Origin: an uncultured Acidobacteriota bacterium
GTDB taxonomy: Bacteria > Acidobacteriota > Vicinamibacteria > Vicinamibacterales > 2-12-FULL-66-21
Direction of reading: 5' to 3'
Length of the DNA: 64,000 nucleotides
Assembly: GCA_963695655.1 (NCBI GenBank)
Contig: CAVOHG010000009.1
Coordinates: 229,924 to 293,923 of the forward strand
Shown here: positions 32,003 to 42,043 of the stretch, one piece after another
Position numbering within the stretch: position 1 is the stretch's first letter
Layout: every line of letters starts with the position of its first letter
The notes under the pieces: model-generated
What the model was told of the DNA's origin: nothing
What the model saw: the letters and a program-made list of their open reading frames with translations, nothing else
Database searches by the model: none
Translations under genes and position numbers: made by a program

Positions 32003-32989
32003 ATGGAAGCGAAATCGGTTATTCGTGCGTGGGGCCAGATCCTGACGGGCTACCGGCCCAATCTCTCGATTGAGATCACGCGGGAGTGTCCGCTGCGCTG
32101 CCCCGGCTGCTATGCCTATGGGGACACCCATCTCGGTGGCGACGTCGTTCTCCGCCAGCTGTCCGACTTCAAGGGGCAGGCGCTGGTTGACGGCATGCTG
32201 AAGGTCGTTCGAGAGCACCGCCCCATTCACCTCTCGATTGTCGGCGGCGAGCCGCTCGTCCGTTATCGCGAGCTGGACATCCTTCTGCCGCAGCTGACGG
32301 CGATGGGCGTGCACACGCAGGTAGTGACGAGCGCGGTCCGCCCGATTCCGGCCGGCTGGGCGAACATGGCGAAGCTGCAGGTGGTGGTGTCAATCGACGG
32401 GTTACAACCGGAGCACGATGTGCGCCGAACGCCCGCCACCTACGATCGTATCCTGAAGCACATCGCCGGTCAGCACGTCACCGTGCACTGCACGCTGACC
32501 GGTCAACAGGCGCGGCCAGGTTACGTGACCGAGTTCACCCGGTTCTGGGCTGCCAACCCTGACGTCAAGCGGATCTGGTTCAGTTTCTATACGCCGCAAC
32601 AGGGAGAGGACTCACCCGAACGGCTCCGGGCCGAGCATCGGCAGCTCTTCGTCCAGGAGATCACGGACCTCTACGCACAGGAGCCGAAGCTGCACGACAT
32701 GATCCCATCCGTCGTGCGCGGCTATCTGAATCCTCCGCAAAACCCGGACGAATGCATCTTCGCGAAGACCACCGCGTGCATTTCGGCGGATCTCAAGAAG
32801 CCAATTACTCCGTGCCAATACGGCGGCACGCCCGACTGCACACAGTGTGGCTGCATGGCGACCGTCGGACTCGATGCGCTGGGCGAGTATCGCCTCGGAG
32901 GGGTCGTGCCGTTGAAGCACATCTTCAACGGCTCGCTGGCTGTCGGCCGTGCGGTCCGCCAGCTGCGCAGCGCTGAAGCCGCGAGCTGA
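32003..32989 (+). CDS. Radical SAM protein with Cys-rich C-terminal extension
   Basis: CPLRCPGC, VGGEPL and VSIDG motifs; six C-terminal Cys; GGAGG RBS. Confidence 0.92.
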   Translation: MEAKSVIRAWGQILTGYRPNLSIEITRECPLRCPGCYAYGDTHLGGDVVLRQLSDFKGQALVDGMLKVVREHRPIHLSIVGGEPLVRYRELDILLPQLTAMGVHTQVVTSAVRPIPAGWANMAKLQVVVSIDGLQPEHDVRRTPATYDRILKHIAGQHVTVHCTLTGQQARPGYVTEFTRFWAANPDVKRIWFSFYTPQQGEDSPERLRAEHRQLFVQEITDLYAQEPKLHDMIPSVVRGYLNPPQNPDECIFAKTTACISADLKKPITPCQYGGTPDCTQCGCMATVGLDALGEYRLGGVVPLKHIFNGSLAVGRAVRQLRSAEAAS

Positions 32990-33019
32990 AGCCGCGGCCC
33001 GGAGCGACACAGCGCCGGA

Positions 33020-34192
33020 CTAATCGCGGGCCCGCTTGCCTGCCGCCAGTTTCCAGAACTGCGTTTCGTTCAGCAAGGTGATCCGGTGGCCCTTGTCGCG
33101 CAGCCGCTTGATCTCCATCAGCTTGAGGCCTGCGTCGCGCCCGGCGGCCTGCTGCGCATTGGGCCGGCCGCGAACGACCACGCTCGTCAGCACTGACGGC
33201 ATGCTGTGAATGATGGCGCCAGCGCGCCGCGCGGCCCGGATCGCCTCCGCCCTGGGTTTGCTGAGGATGCCAGTGAACGCGAGATGGACGCCTTTCAACG
33301 TGCGCCTGACCCCCGCCTTCATCCGGGCTGGCGGATTACGGAGCGCCGTAATCAGCTCGTCGGCACTCTCATAGCGCTTCCGTCGCTCGCCGATGCAACG
33401 ATGGACGATTTCTCTCAGGTGATCGCTGCACGGCAAGGTGCGGACTTCGTGTGTCCTTACCCGCGCCTGCGCGTCCCCCTTGACGAGCATCGCCAATAAC
33501 TGCCCAACTTGATATACGTCGTCACGCGCCTGCCACTTCGGAGCGGAGGCCTCGAGAAAATCGCTCGGGACCATCGACCGGTTCAGTGTCCGCGCGGTGA
33601 TTCCCCGGCGATCGCTCTGTTGCCGCACAATCCCGAAGTCGCCGAGCTTCAGCCGCCGCCCCTCGCAGACGAACACGTTCATCGGTGTCAGGTCGCGGTG
33701 CAGCAGCTGTCCGCGATGGAGCGTGCCGAGCACCTGCAGAATGGCCGCAATCTCGCGCCGTGCGGTTGTCTCGGGCCAGCACTTGCCCGACTGCTGCAGG
33801 AACGCACTCAAATCCCCGAACCGCGCGTACTCGAGCGCAAGGCAATACAGCACCGGACCACGGCTGCCATTCGGAAGACAGGGAAACGTGTCGAACACGC
33901 GGATCGCACGCGAGTCCGCGTGCAGCAGCTGCCCGAAATACGCCTCACGCAGCCATCCGTCGATTCGCGTGCTCACCTTGATGCAGACAATCTCGGGAAC
34001 GGTTGCGTGCTCGCCGAGCCGCCGGGCCAGGTACACCTGCCCGAAGCCGCCTTGTCCGATCAGCTGTTCGATCCGGTAGACGAGGCCGCTCTCGGGGCTG
34101 GTCAGCTGCTGCGCTTCCTCCAGCAGCGGTCTTCCCGATATGCGCGTGGACGACGCCGTGCGCGTCGTCGCGGAAGCTCGATGTTCAATCAT
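33020..34192 (-). CDS. Hanks-type Ser/Thr kinase with C-terminal BRCT-like domain
   Basis: GQGGFG, CIKV, HRDLTPMN and LGDFG; C-terminal LKGVHLAFTGIL...RAGA...TSVVVRG...LLNETQFW. Confidence 0.85.
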   Translation of the reverse strand: MIEHRASATTRTASSTRISGRPLLEEAQQLTSPESGLVYRIEQLIGQGGFGQVYLARRLGEHATVPEIVCIKVSTRIDGWLREAYFGQLLHADSRAIRVFDTFPCLPNGSRGPVLYCLALEYARFGDLSAFLQQSGKCWPETTARREIAAILQVLGTLHRGQLLHRDLTPMNVFVCEGRRLKLGDFGIVRQQSDRRGITARTLNRSMVPSDFLEASAPKWQARDDVYQVGQLLAMLVKGDAQARVRTHEVRTLPCSDHLREIVHRCIGERRKRYESADELITALRNPPARMKAGVRRTLKGVHLAFTGILSKPRAEAIRAARRAGAIIHSMPSVLTSVVVRGRPNAQQAAGRDAGLKLMEIKRLRDKGHRITLLNETQFWKLAAGKRARD

Positions 34193-34230
34193 GGGGAGAT
34201 CGGCGGCACACTCTGCGGCACGGATCTATT

Positions 34231-34962
34231 CTAGGACAACACGGTTGGCCCGGGATCCTCGACTGCACGCCTGGAACGGACGACGTGCACTGCGCCCCAA
34301 CCGATCGCTCCAGCCATTACGAGGAGCCCCACTCGATGAGCGGCGAGGCCGAGAGCTCGATCGTGCTGCATCCAGCCGAGTGCGGCCAGGAGATACTCCC
34401 AGTCGTGCCCTTCGACTTCAGCGCCTGTGTGTCCGCCAAGGAGCACGAGCTGCAGCGCGCGCGCATCGGCGATGTACGGTGCAAGGTCCAGAAGATTCTG
34501 ACCGGCCCACCATGTACAGACGGCAGCGGCGAAGGCGTCCTTCTGTCTCAGAAAGGCAACCGCGCACGTGACTGGAACGAGGACCTGGAACAGACTGCCG
34601 CCGAGCACGGTCATGAACCGGCCGAATGGTGAGAACAGAACGTGGCCGGCCTCGTGAAAAATCAGATTGGGCAGGTGAAGCACCGAATCCATCACGCCGG
34701 CGCCCATCGGCGCGCGCGCGAACTGCCAGGTCCACACGACCAGCCCAGCGAGGACAACCCCGCGACCGAGCCTGGCGGCTGCCGCAAGCGGATCCTCCCG
34801 CGTCACGACGGTGACGCGCTGCGCTACGGGCAACGGCGGCTCCGCGACTGCTTCAGCCATCCGGTGCTCGAACTTCGCGAAAATGAGCCCGCACCGTGGA
34901 CACTCGAGGGCTTCGGCGGGCGCCGGTGACCCACACTTCGGACAACCAGCGGCACTGGTCAT
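34231..34962 (-). CDS. Zinc-ribbon plus membrane protein with HExxH (M50-like) motif
   Basis: CPKC...CPRC, LIFHEAGH and GHDW, with several TM segments; ATGA overlap with the upstream gene. Confidence 0.75.
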   Translation of the reverse strand: MTSAAGCPKCGSPAPAEALECPRCGLIFAKFEHRMAEAVAEPPLPVAQRVTVVTREDPLAAAARLGRGVVLAGLVVWTWQFARAPMGAGVMDSVLHLPNLIFHEAGHVLFSPFGRFMTVLGGSLFQVLVPVTCAVAFLRQKDAFAAAVCTWWAGQNLLDLAPYIADARALQLVLLGGHTGAEVEGHDWEYLLAALGWMQHDRALGLAAHRVGLLVMAGAIGWGAVHVVRSRRAVEDPGPTVLS

Positions 34963-35321
34963 CGCCATTCGGGCGCGTAGTCCCTGTCGCGAAGCTTCTT
35001 CTCGACCCTCAGGCTCAGGGCAAATAAGGCGAAGACCTCGGCCAGCCCGATGAAGGCATAAATCGCGAATCGTGTGAAAGCGCTCGGCTCTGGAAAACAC
35101 ACGTCGCCGGCATCGAGGCAGGCCTGGGTGGCGCGATCGAGCTCGACGTACTCGCGCATGATCAGTCCGAACGCGGTGCCGAAGATCACCGCGGTCCCGA
35201 CGATGTTCCCGAAGATCATGCCGCCCTTGCGCCAGAACGGATAGGCCACGATCAGGCTGACGACGGCCGGCGCCGTCAGCATCAGGGTTATCCAGTGCCA
35301 GCTCAGTGTATTCACGGACAC
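34959..35321 (-). CDS. Hypothetical three-TM membrane protein
   Basis: 120-aa ORF with three hydrophobic segments, coupled to the downstream gene. Confidence 0.7.
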   Translation of the reverse strand: MSVNTLSWHWITLMLTAPAVVSLIVAYPFWRKGGMIFGNIVGTAVIFGTAFGLIMREYVELDRATQACLDAGDVCFPEPSAFTRFAIYAFIGLAEVFALFALSLRVEKKLRDRDYAPEWR

Positions 35322-35383
35322 CCATTATGGAGCACATTGTCGCGGCCCAAGGCATGCCCGAAGGAGCTGAATCGGCCGGGCGC

Positions 35384-35854
35384 TCACCGCAGGGCGACGT
35401 AGATATCGACTGCCGACGGCCGTCGCCTGTCGTGCCGTTCGAAATCCGCTGTATAGGCTCGCTGGTAGTTCGACGTCCGCGAGAAGTACTCCCAGATTTC
35501 GATCCACGTGTTAATCAGCGCCGCTGGCATTTCTCCTTCTGCGGTGAAGACGAGGTATCTGCCCGGCGGGACGTCGACCGACACGAGGCCCTGTGGCACG
35601 ACAGTCGCAGCACTCACTTCCGCTCCCACGATGAGCGAATACTCGCCGGTGTGATCGTTCTCGTACGCCGTATACACCGCGATGATGACGTCCTGGTCAC
35701 GGCGACTGGGAATCCGTTTCTGCTCCTTGAAGAAGCGTTGCCAGAGAGCCGGGATACTCGCCGTTTCGGGGTCGGCCTCGGCACGATTGGCAGTTCGTAC
35801 GGCAACACCGGCGACGGTGAGACCGTCGAGCGGCACCGGGGTTTCGTTCACCAT
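35384..35854 (-). CDS. GyrI-like / Cass2 effector-binding protein
   Basis: G..VRT.N...IPALWQRF...VY..YE.D..GEY...VP.GRYLVF...W..IW...RAY.ADFE pattern. Confidence 0.85.
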   Translation of the reverse strand: MVNETPVPLDGLTVAGVAVRTANRAEADPETASIPALWQRFFKEQKRIPSRRDQDVIIAVYTAYENDHTGEYSLIVGAEVSAATVVPQGLVSVDVPPGRYLVFTAEGEMPAALINTWIEIWEYFSRTSNYQRAYTADFERHDRRRPSAVDIYVALR

Positions 35855-35919
35855 GTCAGCTGCCCCCGTCGTTCGTTGCTGTTGAACACCGATTCGGCAG
35901 TGGATCTCGCGATCCACGC

Positions 35920-36375
35920 TCACTCGCGCAGGTCGGCAGGCGAGTGCCGGAATGCGGGGTCCTCGCTGCGGGCCTTCAGGCCCCTGGCTTCGAATCCAAT
36001 ATAGCGTTCGGTGATGCCCCTGGTCAGCGAGCCGAAGATGCCGCCGAACAGCCCGTCCAGCCGCAGCGACAACGTGGCGCGGCTGCCGGCCGCGGTCGGC
36101 TCGACGGCATGGTGGCCGGTCACGCGGAGTCCTGGTGCGGTGCTGACCCAGGTGAAGCTCCTGCCCCGTTCGATTTGGGTGACCTTCCACAGCGCCGGCG
36201 GAAATTTCGGCTGGCGGATCAAAGCGCGAGTACCGACCGCGAACGGCCTGTCCTCGAGCCGCTTCACGCTCGTGACTGACGGTGTCCACTCATGCCACCG
36301 GTCCGTGTCACTCATCACCTGCCAGACACGGTCGGGGGAGGCGGCGATGTCGATCGACGTGCTGAATGACCTCAA
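35920..36375 (-). CDS. SRPBCC (polyketide cyclase-like) protein
   Basis: SIDIAASPDRVWQVMSD...W.EW and EARGLKARSE motifs. Confidence 0.88.
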   Translation of the reverse strand: MRSFSTSIDIAASPDRVWQVMSDTDRWHEWTPSVTSVKRLEDRPFAVGTRALIRQPKFPPALWKVTQIERGRSFTWVSTAPGLRVTGHHAVEPTAAGSRATLSLRLDGLFGGIFGSLTRGITERYIGFEARGLKARSEDPAFRHSPADLRE

Positions 36376-36441
36376 GGCATAACCCGGGACAACAAAGATC
36401 CTGTAATAGAACGGCTCGCGTCCGCCACCGCCCTGCGCCGA

Positions 36442-36831
36442 TCACGCAGCCGGGGCAGCGATCGGCGTTCCCTGGGCGGAGGCGAGTTGCCAACCCTGTT
36501 CATTGCGCACGTAGACGTGCGTGTAGCGGCTGTGTGCCTCGAACCGCTGGTCGCCAAAGCCACCGCGCATGCGTGTCTGGCCGGTGACGACCGCCGTGTT
36601 TCCGTACTGCCGTACGAGCGAGTCTATGCGTTCGACCGATTCGAAGCGCAGCTGCCGCGAACCAACGAGCGCCACGAGAACGTCGCGCGGGATCTCAGAT
36701 CCCGACATGACGTCGATAAGGAGGAAGTCCGGCGTCAGCACTGCCTCCAGAACAGTGCCGTCGCCCCGGAGCAATGCCCCGAAAAACTCATCTTCGGCTT
36801 TCATCGCCGCGTGCTCAACCGCCATGCGCAA
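36442..36831 (-). CDS. NTF2-like / DUF4440 protein
   Basis: YGNTAVVTG and RYTHVYVR...W.L.SAQGT motifs; start uncertain. Confidence 0.82.
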   Translation of the reverse strand: MRMAVEHAAMKAEDEFFGALLRGDGTVLEAVLTPDFLLIDVMSGSEIPRDVLVALVGSRQLRFESVERIDSLVRQYGNTAVVTGQTRMRGGFGDQRFEAHSRYTHVYVRNEQGWQLASAQGTPIAAPAA

Positions 36832-36968
36832 GCTCCATCCTGCCGCACCAATTCAGCGTACGAAGATCATCCCATTTACTATGCGTGTCTCCAAGTGGAG
36901 GCGACCGCGTGGATCTCGCGAGTTGCGACCTCACTTTGATGGACATATATTGCCATCGGACCTTGCCA

Positions 36969-39144
36969 ATGAAGTTGACTCGCCGCCGTTTCCTCGAGTG
37001 CACCGGCGCCGTTGTGGCCGGCACAGGCCTCGCGCGCTCTGCCGGGGCTGCAGGGCAATCCCAGACACCACGACCGGTTGCAGGCGCTCCGGGCGTCGAG
37101 CTCAACGTCGCCGGGCTGCCCGACTATTCGCACGATCTCGAACGATATCTCGTGCGCCTTGCGAACGACGCCCGTGAGCGGCGGCAACGCGTCGTCCAGG
37201 CAATTACGACGCCGCAGGAGGTCGTCAACCGCCAGAGGACGGTCGTGGCGGAACTGTGGAAGATGCTGGGGGACCCTCCCGAGAAGACACCGCTCAATCC
37301 ACGAATTACAGGAAGGTTCGATCGGGCAGGCTACCGGGTCGAGAAGCTGACGTTTGAGAGTCGCCGGCGGCTGTATGTGACGGCGAACCTCTACGTGCCG
37401 TCCGCGCCAGGACGCCACCCGGCGATCCTGGCGCCGCTCGGACACTCGACCAACGGCAAGGCGTGGCCGAGCTATCAGAAGCTGTTCTCGAATCTCGCGC
37501 GCAAGGGCTACGTGGTGCTCGCGTACGACCCGTTCGGGCAGGGAGAACGTATCGAGTACCCGGGGAGCCGTCCCGGCGAATCGTTGATTGAAGGGGGCGG
37601 GACCGGCGAGCACGAGTACGCCGGCCGTCGTCTCATCCTGCTTGGCGTGAACTTCGGCCTGTTCAGAGCGTGGGACGGGATCCGCGGCATCGACTACCTG
37701 GTCACGCGTCCTGAGGTTGATCCTGAACGTATCGGCTGTTGCGGTCAGTCCGGCGGCGCGACGTTGACGCAGTTCCTGGCCGCACTCGACAGCCGGGTCC
37801 GTGCTGCCGTGGTGTCGATGGGGAATACCGAGGATCTGGCAGAAGCGAACGTCGAACCACCGGGGTCCGCCGATGATGCTGAACAGAATATCGTGCCGGC
37901 GCTCGCCCGCGGGATCGACCGGTCAGACCTGCTGTATGCGTTCGCGCCCAGGCCCCTGCTGATGGGAATCACGCTGCACGACGCCGGGCACACCTACTCG
38001 CCCGAGTACGTGTCTGGCTCACTCGATCTCGCCGACGAGTACAAACGTGCTTACGGAATCCTGAATGCCGGCGGACCGCGTGTCGCTGCAGGCGACGACC
38101 GTGCGGCATGGATATGTCTACGAGATGCGGCGCGCCACTTACGGATGGTTCAACCGCTGGCTGGAGATGACGGACCGCGACGACACCGAGAGTTCGCAGT
38201 CCGTCGAGCGTGAAGAGGCGCTGTACGCGACACCGACCGGGTTCGTCGTCAATTCGTTCGGCGGCGAAACAGCGCTCACGCTGACGCAGCAGATGGCCGA
38301 GGCGCTGCACACGCCGGAATCCGCCGGCGCCGAAGACGTGCGCACGCGCATCCGGGCCGTGCTCAGCATCGCGGACGCACCTGGCGGCGCGCTCAACGAC
38401 CGCGTCCTCGCCACTATCAGGAAGCCGGGATACCGCGCGGAGCAGTTCGAGTTCACCAGCGAGCAGGAAATCCGTATTCCAGGCTGGCTCCTCACGCCTG
38501 ATGATGCGGGCAGCACGACACCAACCGTCCTCTACATCGGCGAGGGAGCGGCCTGGAACTCGACCGCCGAGGACGCATTCGCCGAGCGGCTTTGTGCAGC
38601 TGGCCGGTGCCGGGTCGCCGTCATCGACGTGCGCGGGCGCGGCGACTGCGCCATTGCGTATCCGCCGCGTGGACGTGCTTACTTTTTTGAACGGATCACG
38701 GACGAGGCCTACCTGACCTGGTTCACACTGATGCTCGGCAAGCCGCTGCTCGGCGGGCAGGTGCACGACGCGCTTCGGGCGATGGATTACGTCCGTTCGC
38801 GGGTCGGCGGGCCCATTTCGGTCGTCGGTGACGGCCCGCACGGCGTGATTGCGTTGTACGTCGCGGCGCTCGACGCCGCCGTCACCGGCGTCGCGCTCAG
38901 GCGCACGATCAGCGACTACCGTTCACTCGCGGTCGCGGATCGCTACTCACAGCCATTCGGGATCTACGCGTACGGCGTCCTCCGGGAGTTCGACCTGCCC
39001 GACGTCGCTCGCGCCGCGGCTCCGCGGCCGGTGCTCCTGCTCGACCCTGTGACGCCGGCCGGCTCTGCTGCGGGAGCTGCTGCCGCCCGCGATTTGTACA
39101 AAGGGGTCCCAAACGCCACGGTGCGAGACCCTGAACGCGGGTGA
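36969..39144 (+). CDS. Tat-exported two-domain alpha/beta hydrolase (acetylxylan-esterase-like; apparent indel near 38065)
   Basis: TRRRFL Tat; VTANLYVP, YDPFGQGER, VDPERIG and GQSGG motifs; second domain with IDVRGRG. The true end may extend to about 39205. Confidence 0.85.
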
Positions 39145-39183
39145 GGACCCCATCGAGGTGCTGGCCGCGTGGGCGGCGAGCGC

Positions 39184-39573
39184 TCAGCGCGCGGACGGCC
39201 GATAGGCGGTGACTTCCACTTCGATCTTCATCCGGCGATCCGCGAGTCCGGCGGAAATCATCATCGCGGCCGGCCTGATCTCGCCGAAGTACTTGCGCAG
39301 GATCGGCCAGCACTCGGGAAAGTCTTCGGACCGGGGTACGACATACGTGACGCGAACCACGTCGGCGAGGGTGGCGCCGGCCTGTTGCAGCGCAGACTGG
39401 ATGTTGAGCAGGCACTGCTCGGTCTGCTCGGCGATACTTTCCGAAATCGTCATCGCGGCATAGTCGAAGCCGGTCGTGCCGGACACGAACACCCATTCTC
39501 CGAGCACCACCGCGCGTGAATAGCCGATGTCGCGCTCGAACGACGACCCTGAGCTGATCAAGCGACGCTCCAC
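39184..39573 (-). CDS. RidA-family protein
   Basis: IGYSRAV, VFVSGTTG, IRPA and KIEVEVTA motifs. Confidence 0.92.
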   Translation of the reverse strand: MERRLISSGSSFERDIGYSRAVVLGEWVFVSGTTGFDYAAMTISESIAEQTEQCLLNIQSALQQAGATLADVVRVTYVVPRSEDFPECWPILRKYFGEIRPAAMMISAGLADRRMKIEVEVTAYRPSAR

Positions 39574-39706
39574 TGCCGTTCACTCCTTCTTGAAGTGCGG
39601 TGACCGGAACGGCCACGCCGGTGACCTCGCCCGGATCGCTGCCGCCGACAGAAACTCTGCCGACGGCGGCAGCACGTGGAGTTCGAGAAGTCGGCCAATC
39701 GCGGTA

Positions 39707-40294
39707 TCAGCGAACGACGCGGATCTCGTCAAGGCCCACAGGATTCGAGCAGCACGGCGCCGCCGCATTCGTCAGCCGGATCCTCAGCGTGTCGATTGCA
39801 GCCGATGGCTGCGGATTCACAATCGTCGCGAACTCGCCGTACGTGTTCCCCTGCACCTTTCCGATCGTAAACAGCGCGGCGCCATTGGCGCTCCCGGTGA
39901 TCTCGTACGGAATCTTCGTGGTGCTCGAATAGATATCCAGCGAAGTGAACGCAAACGTTCCTCCAGTCGCGGTCACCGCGACTTCGCCGATCGTCGTCGA
40001 TCCGGCAGCCGACAGGAACTGTATGAACGGAGCGGGATGTCCGTACGTGGTGGAGACCTGCCATGGGGCGGCGGTCGCGGCGACGGAGAGGCCGCATGCG
40101 GTGTACGACGCGAAACTTTCGCGGTTGATCTTCTGGTCATCGAACCCGATGACGCAGGCGCCGGGCGCGGCGGGCGGCTGGGAGGAATTGCTCGCGATGA
40201 TCGGCGAAGGAGACGCTGTTGACGGTTGCAAACCGCCACACCCGGCAGCTGCGGTCAGCAGCAACGCGCACAGAACAGCGGACACCTCACGCAT
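39707..40294 (-). CDS. Hypothetical lipoprotein
   Basis: GGAGGAGG RBS; hydrophobic signal ending AAGC; beta-rich body. Confidence 0.7.
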   Translation of the reverse strand: MREVSAVLCALLLTAAAGCGGLQPSTASPSPIIASNSSQPPAAPGACVIGFDDQKINRESFASYTACGLSVAATAAPWQVSTTYGHPAPFIQFLSAAGSTTIGEVAVTATGGTFAFTSLDIYSSTTKIPYEITGSANGAALFTIGKVQGNTYGEFATIVNPQPSAAIDTLRIRLTNAAAPCCSNPVGLDEIRVVR

Positions 40295-40344
40295 GTGAGC
40301 CTCCTCCGGAATGTTACTGCAACGTGCTGTGCGCCAGCGGTCCA

Positions 40345-40836
40345 TCACGATTCCTCCGCGCTGTCATGGCCGTGGCCGGCGCCGGATCCCATGAGGCTGT
40401 GCTTCGAGAGCGAGAGAATGATGAATGCGGCCACCGTGCTGAGCATGGCAACCCCGAGTGCACCCAATCCGACCGCGACGCCGATCGCCGCCGTCATCCA
40501 GACACTGGCAGCGGTGGTCAGGCCGTGCACATCGCCCCTGTCGGTCACCTTGAGAATCGAACCCGCACCGATGAAGCCGATTCCGGTCACAAGTCCCTGG
40601 ACAACGCGCGACAATCCATCGGCAGACATGCCCGCACCCGAGCATGCCAGGATGAAGACGGTGGTGCCGGCCGTGACCAGCATGTGGGTGCGCAGTCCCG
40701 CCGGTTTCCTCGCGCGCTCCCGCTCGTATCCGACGACCGCCCCGAGGATGGTCGCGGCGGTGAGCCGGATCAGCACGTGCGTGAGTTGCCTCGCGTCAGG
40801 CAGTCCGGCCGTCAACTCCTCCCAGATGATGTCCAT
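40345..40836 (-). CDS. MgtC/SapB-family protein
   Basis: PAGLRTHMLV, TGIGFIGAG and GLTTAASVW motifs. Confidence 0.93.
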   Translation of the reverse strand: MDIIWEELTAGLPDARQLTHVLIRLTAATILGAVVGYERERARKPAGLRTHMLVTAGTTVFILACSGAGMSADGLSRVVQGLVTGIGFIGAGSILKVTDRGDVHGLTTAASVWMTAAIGVAVGLGALGVAMLSTVAAFIILSLSKHSLMGSGAGHGHDSAEES

Positions 40837-41490
40837 TCACGGCTCCGTCCGCTTGCGCAGGAACACGTGCATCGCCCGTTCGCCGGCGACGTGCCTGGCG
40901 CATTCGTAACCGAGCGAACGCAGATCCAAGCCGCTCAAAAGCTGCTCCCCTGAGCCGAGCAGGACAGGCCGGATTGCCAGGCAGAGTTCGTCGATCAAGC
41001 CGGCGCGCAGATACTGCCGAATGGTCGAGACCCCGCCGCCAACACGAACGTCGAGGCCGCCCGCGGCCGCCCTGGCCTGCGCCAGCGCGTCCTCGATACC
41101 TCCCGTGACGAACCGGAACTCGGTGCCTCCGGCCATGCTCACCGGTGGTCGCGCGTGGTGGGTCAGGACGAACACGGGCGTGTGATACGGCGGTTCCTCA
41201 CCCCACCACCCTTTCCAGCTGTCGTCGGGCCACGGCCCCCGGATCGGCCCGAACATATTACGTCCGAGAATCCACGCCCCGATTCCGGCAAAACCCAGCT
41301 CGGCCATCTCGTTGTCGACGCCCGTCTCCCCATCCGGTTGTCCGTGCATCTTTCGCCACACGCGCGTGTGAAAGAACCACTCCATCAGCTCGGGCCCATT
41401 GACGCCGAGTGGATTCTGCAGATCCTGGCGAGGGCCGGCACCGTAGCCGTCAACCGATATCGCGAAACTCTGGACGCGGATTTTTGACAC
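40837..41490 (-). CDS. Dihydrofolate reductase / RibD C-terminal family protein
   Basis: ISVDGY, ILGRNMF, VFVLTH, VGGG and LIDEL motifs. Confidence 0.9.
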   Translation of the reverse strand: MSKIRVQSFAISVDGYGAGPRQDLQNPLGVNGPELMEWFFHTRVWRKMHGQPDGETGVDNEMAELGFAGIGAWILGRNMFGPIRGPWPDDSWKGWWGEEPPYHTPVFVLTHHARPPVSMAGGTEFRFVTGGIEDALAQARAAAGGLDVRVGGGVSTIRQYLRAGLIDELCLAIRPVLLGSGEQLLSGLDLRSLGYECARHVAGERAMHVFLRKRTEP

Positions 41491-41666
41491 GTGTTCACCT
41501 CACCGCCGCAACGAGTGACGTGTCCTCGGTGAAGGACAGGCCACCAGTCGATCGTAATCGAGACTCGCGCGTATTGTGAATGGCAGGTGTGCATCTGAAT
41601 GACCGCGCCGGGCGCAGGGCTGTGTGCTTGCGGCTGGTTGTATTGGGGCGTGGATTGTGACGCGCT

Positions 41667-41993
41667 GCGAGGCACGGAGGACACGGGGACACGGAGCGAG
41701 CGCGCCTCGCCGGCAGGGGCTTCGCACTCCGATCGTGGGCTGCTGAGTCTTTGGGAGTTGCGGGTGTTACGGCCAAGGGTGTGAACTGCCACCGGTCCGA
41801 CGTGCGGCGCAGCGCCGACCGCAGGTCGGCGACTTGCGACAGAAGCGATTCGCATTTGCGAGCCGGCTAAATCTCAGGGCGGTTCGCAAATGCGAAGCGA
41901 TTCGGTCGCACGGCCGCTCTGCGCGCCTGCGCCGCCCGGCAACACCGGGCTTGGATCTTCAAGCTCCGTGTTCTCCGCGTCTCCGTGCCTCGC
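41667..41993. mobile_element. MITE-like element with about 31-bp imperfect terminal inverted repeats and an internal long hairpin
   Basis: Left GCGAGGCACGGAGGACACGGGGACACGGAGC versus reverse complement of right GCGAGGCACGGAGACGCGGAGAACACGGAGC. No transposase; mobility is inferred. Confidence 0.45.
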
Positions 41994-42043
41994 GACGGTG
42001 CTTACGGTCCGGCACCGTCGCCAGAATTTTCGTCGTCCGTTCT

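Noticed and set aside
31707-32045. RiPP precursor peptide upstream of the radical SAM gene
   Set aside because: Candidate short ORFs lack a convincing RBS or leader/core pattern, and no RRE, peptidase or exporter is adjacent.
9038-39144. Broken accessory genes as a pseudogene-rich decaying region
   Set aside because: Motifs continue cleanly in the adjacent frame without in-frame stops, matching the error pattern seen in essential genes.
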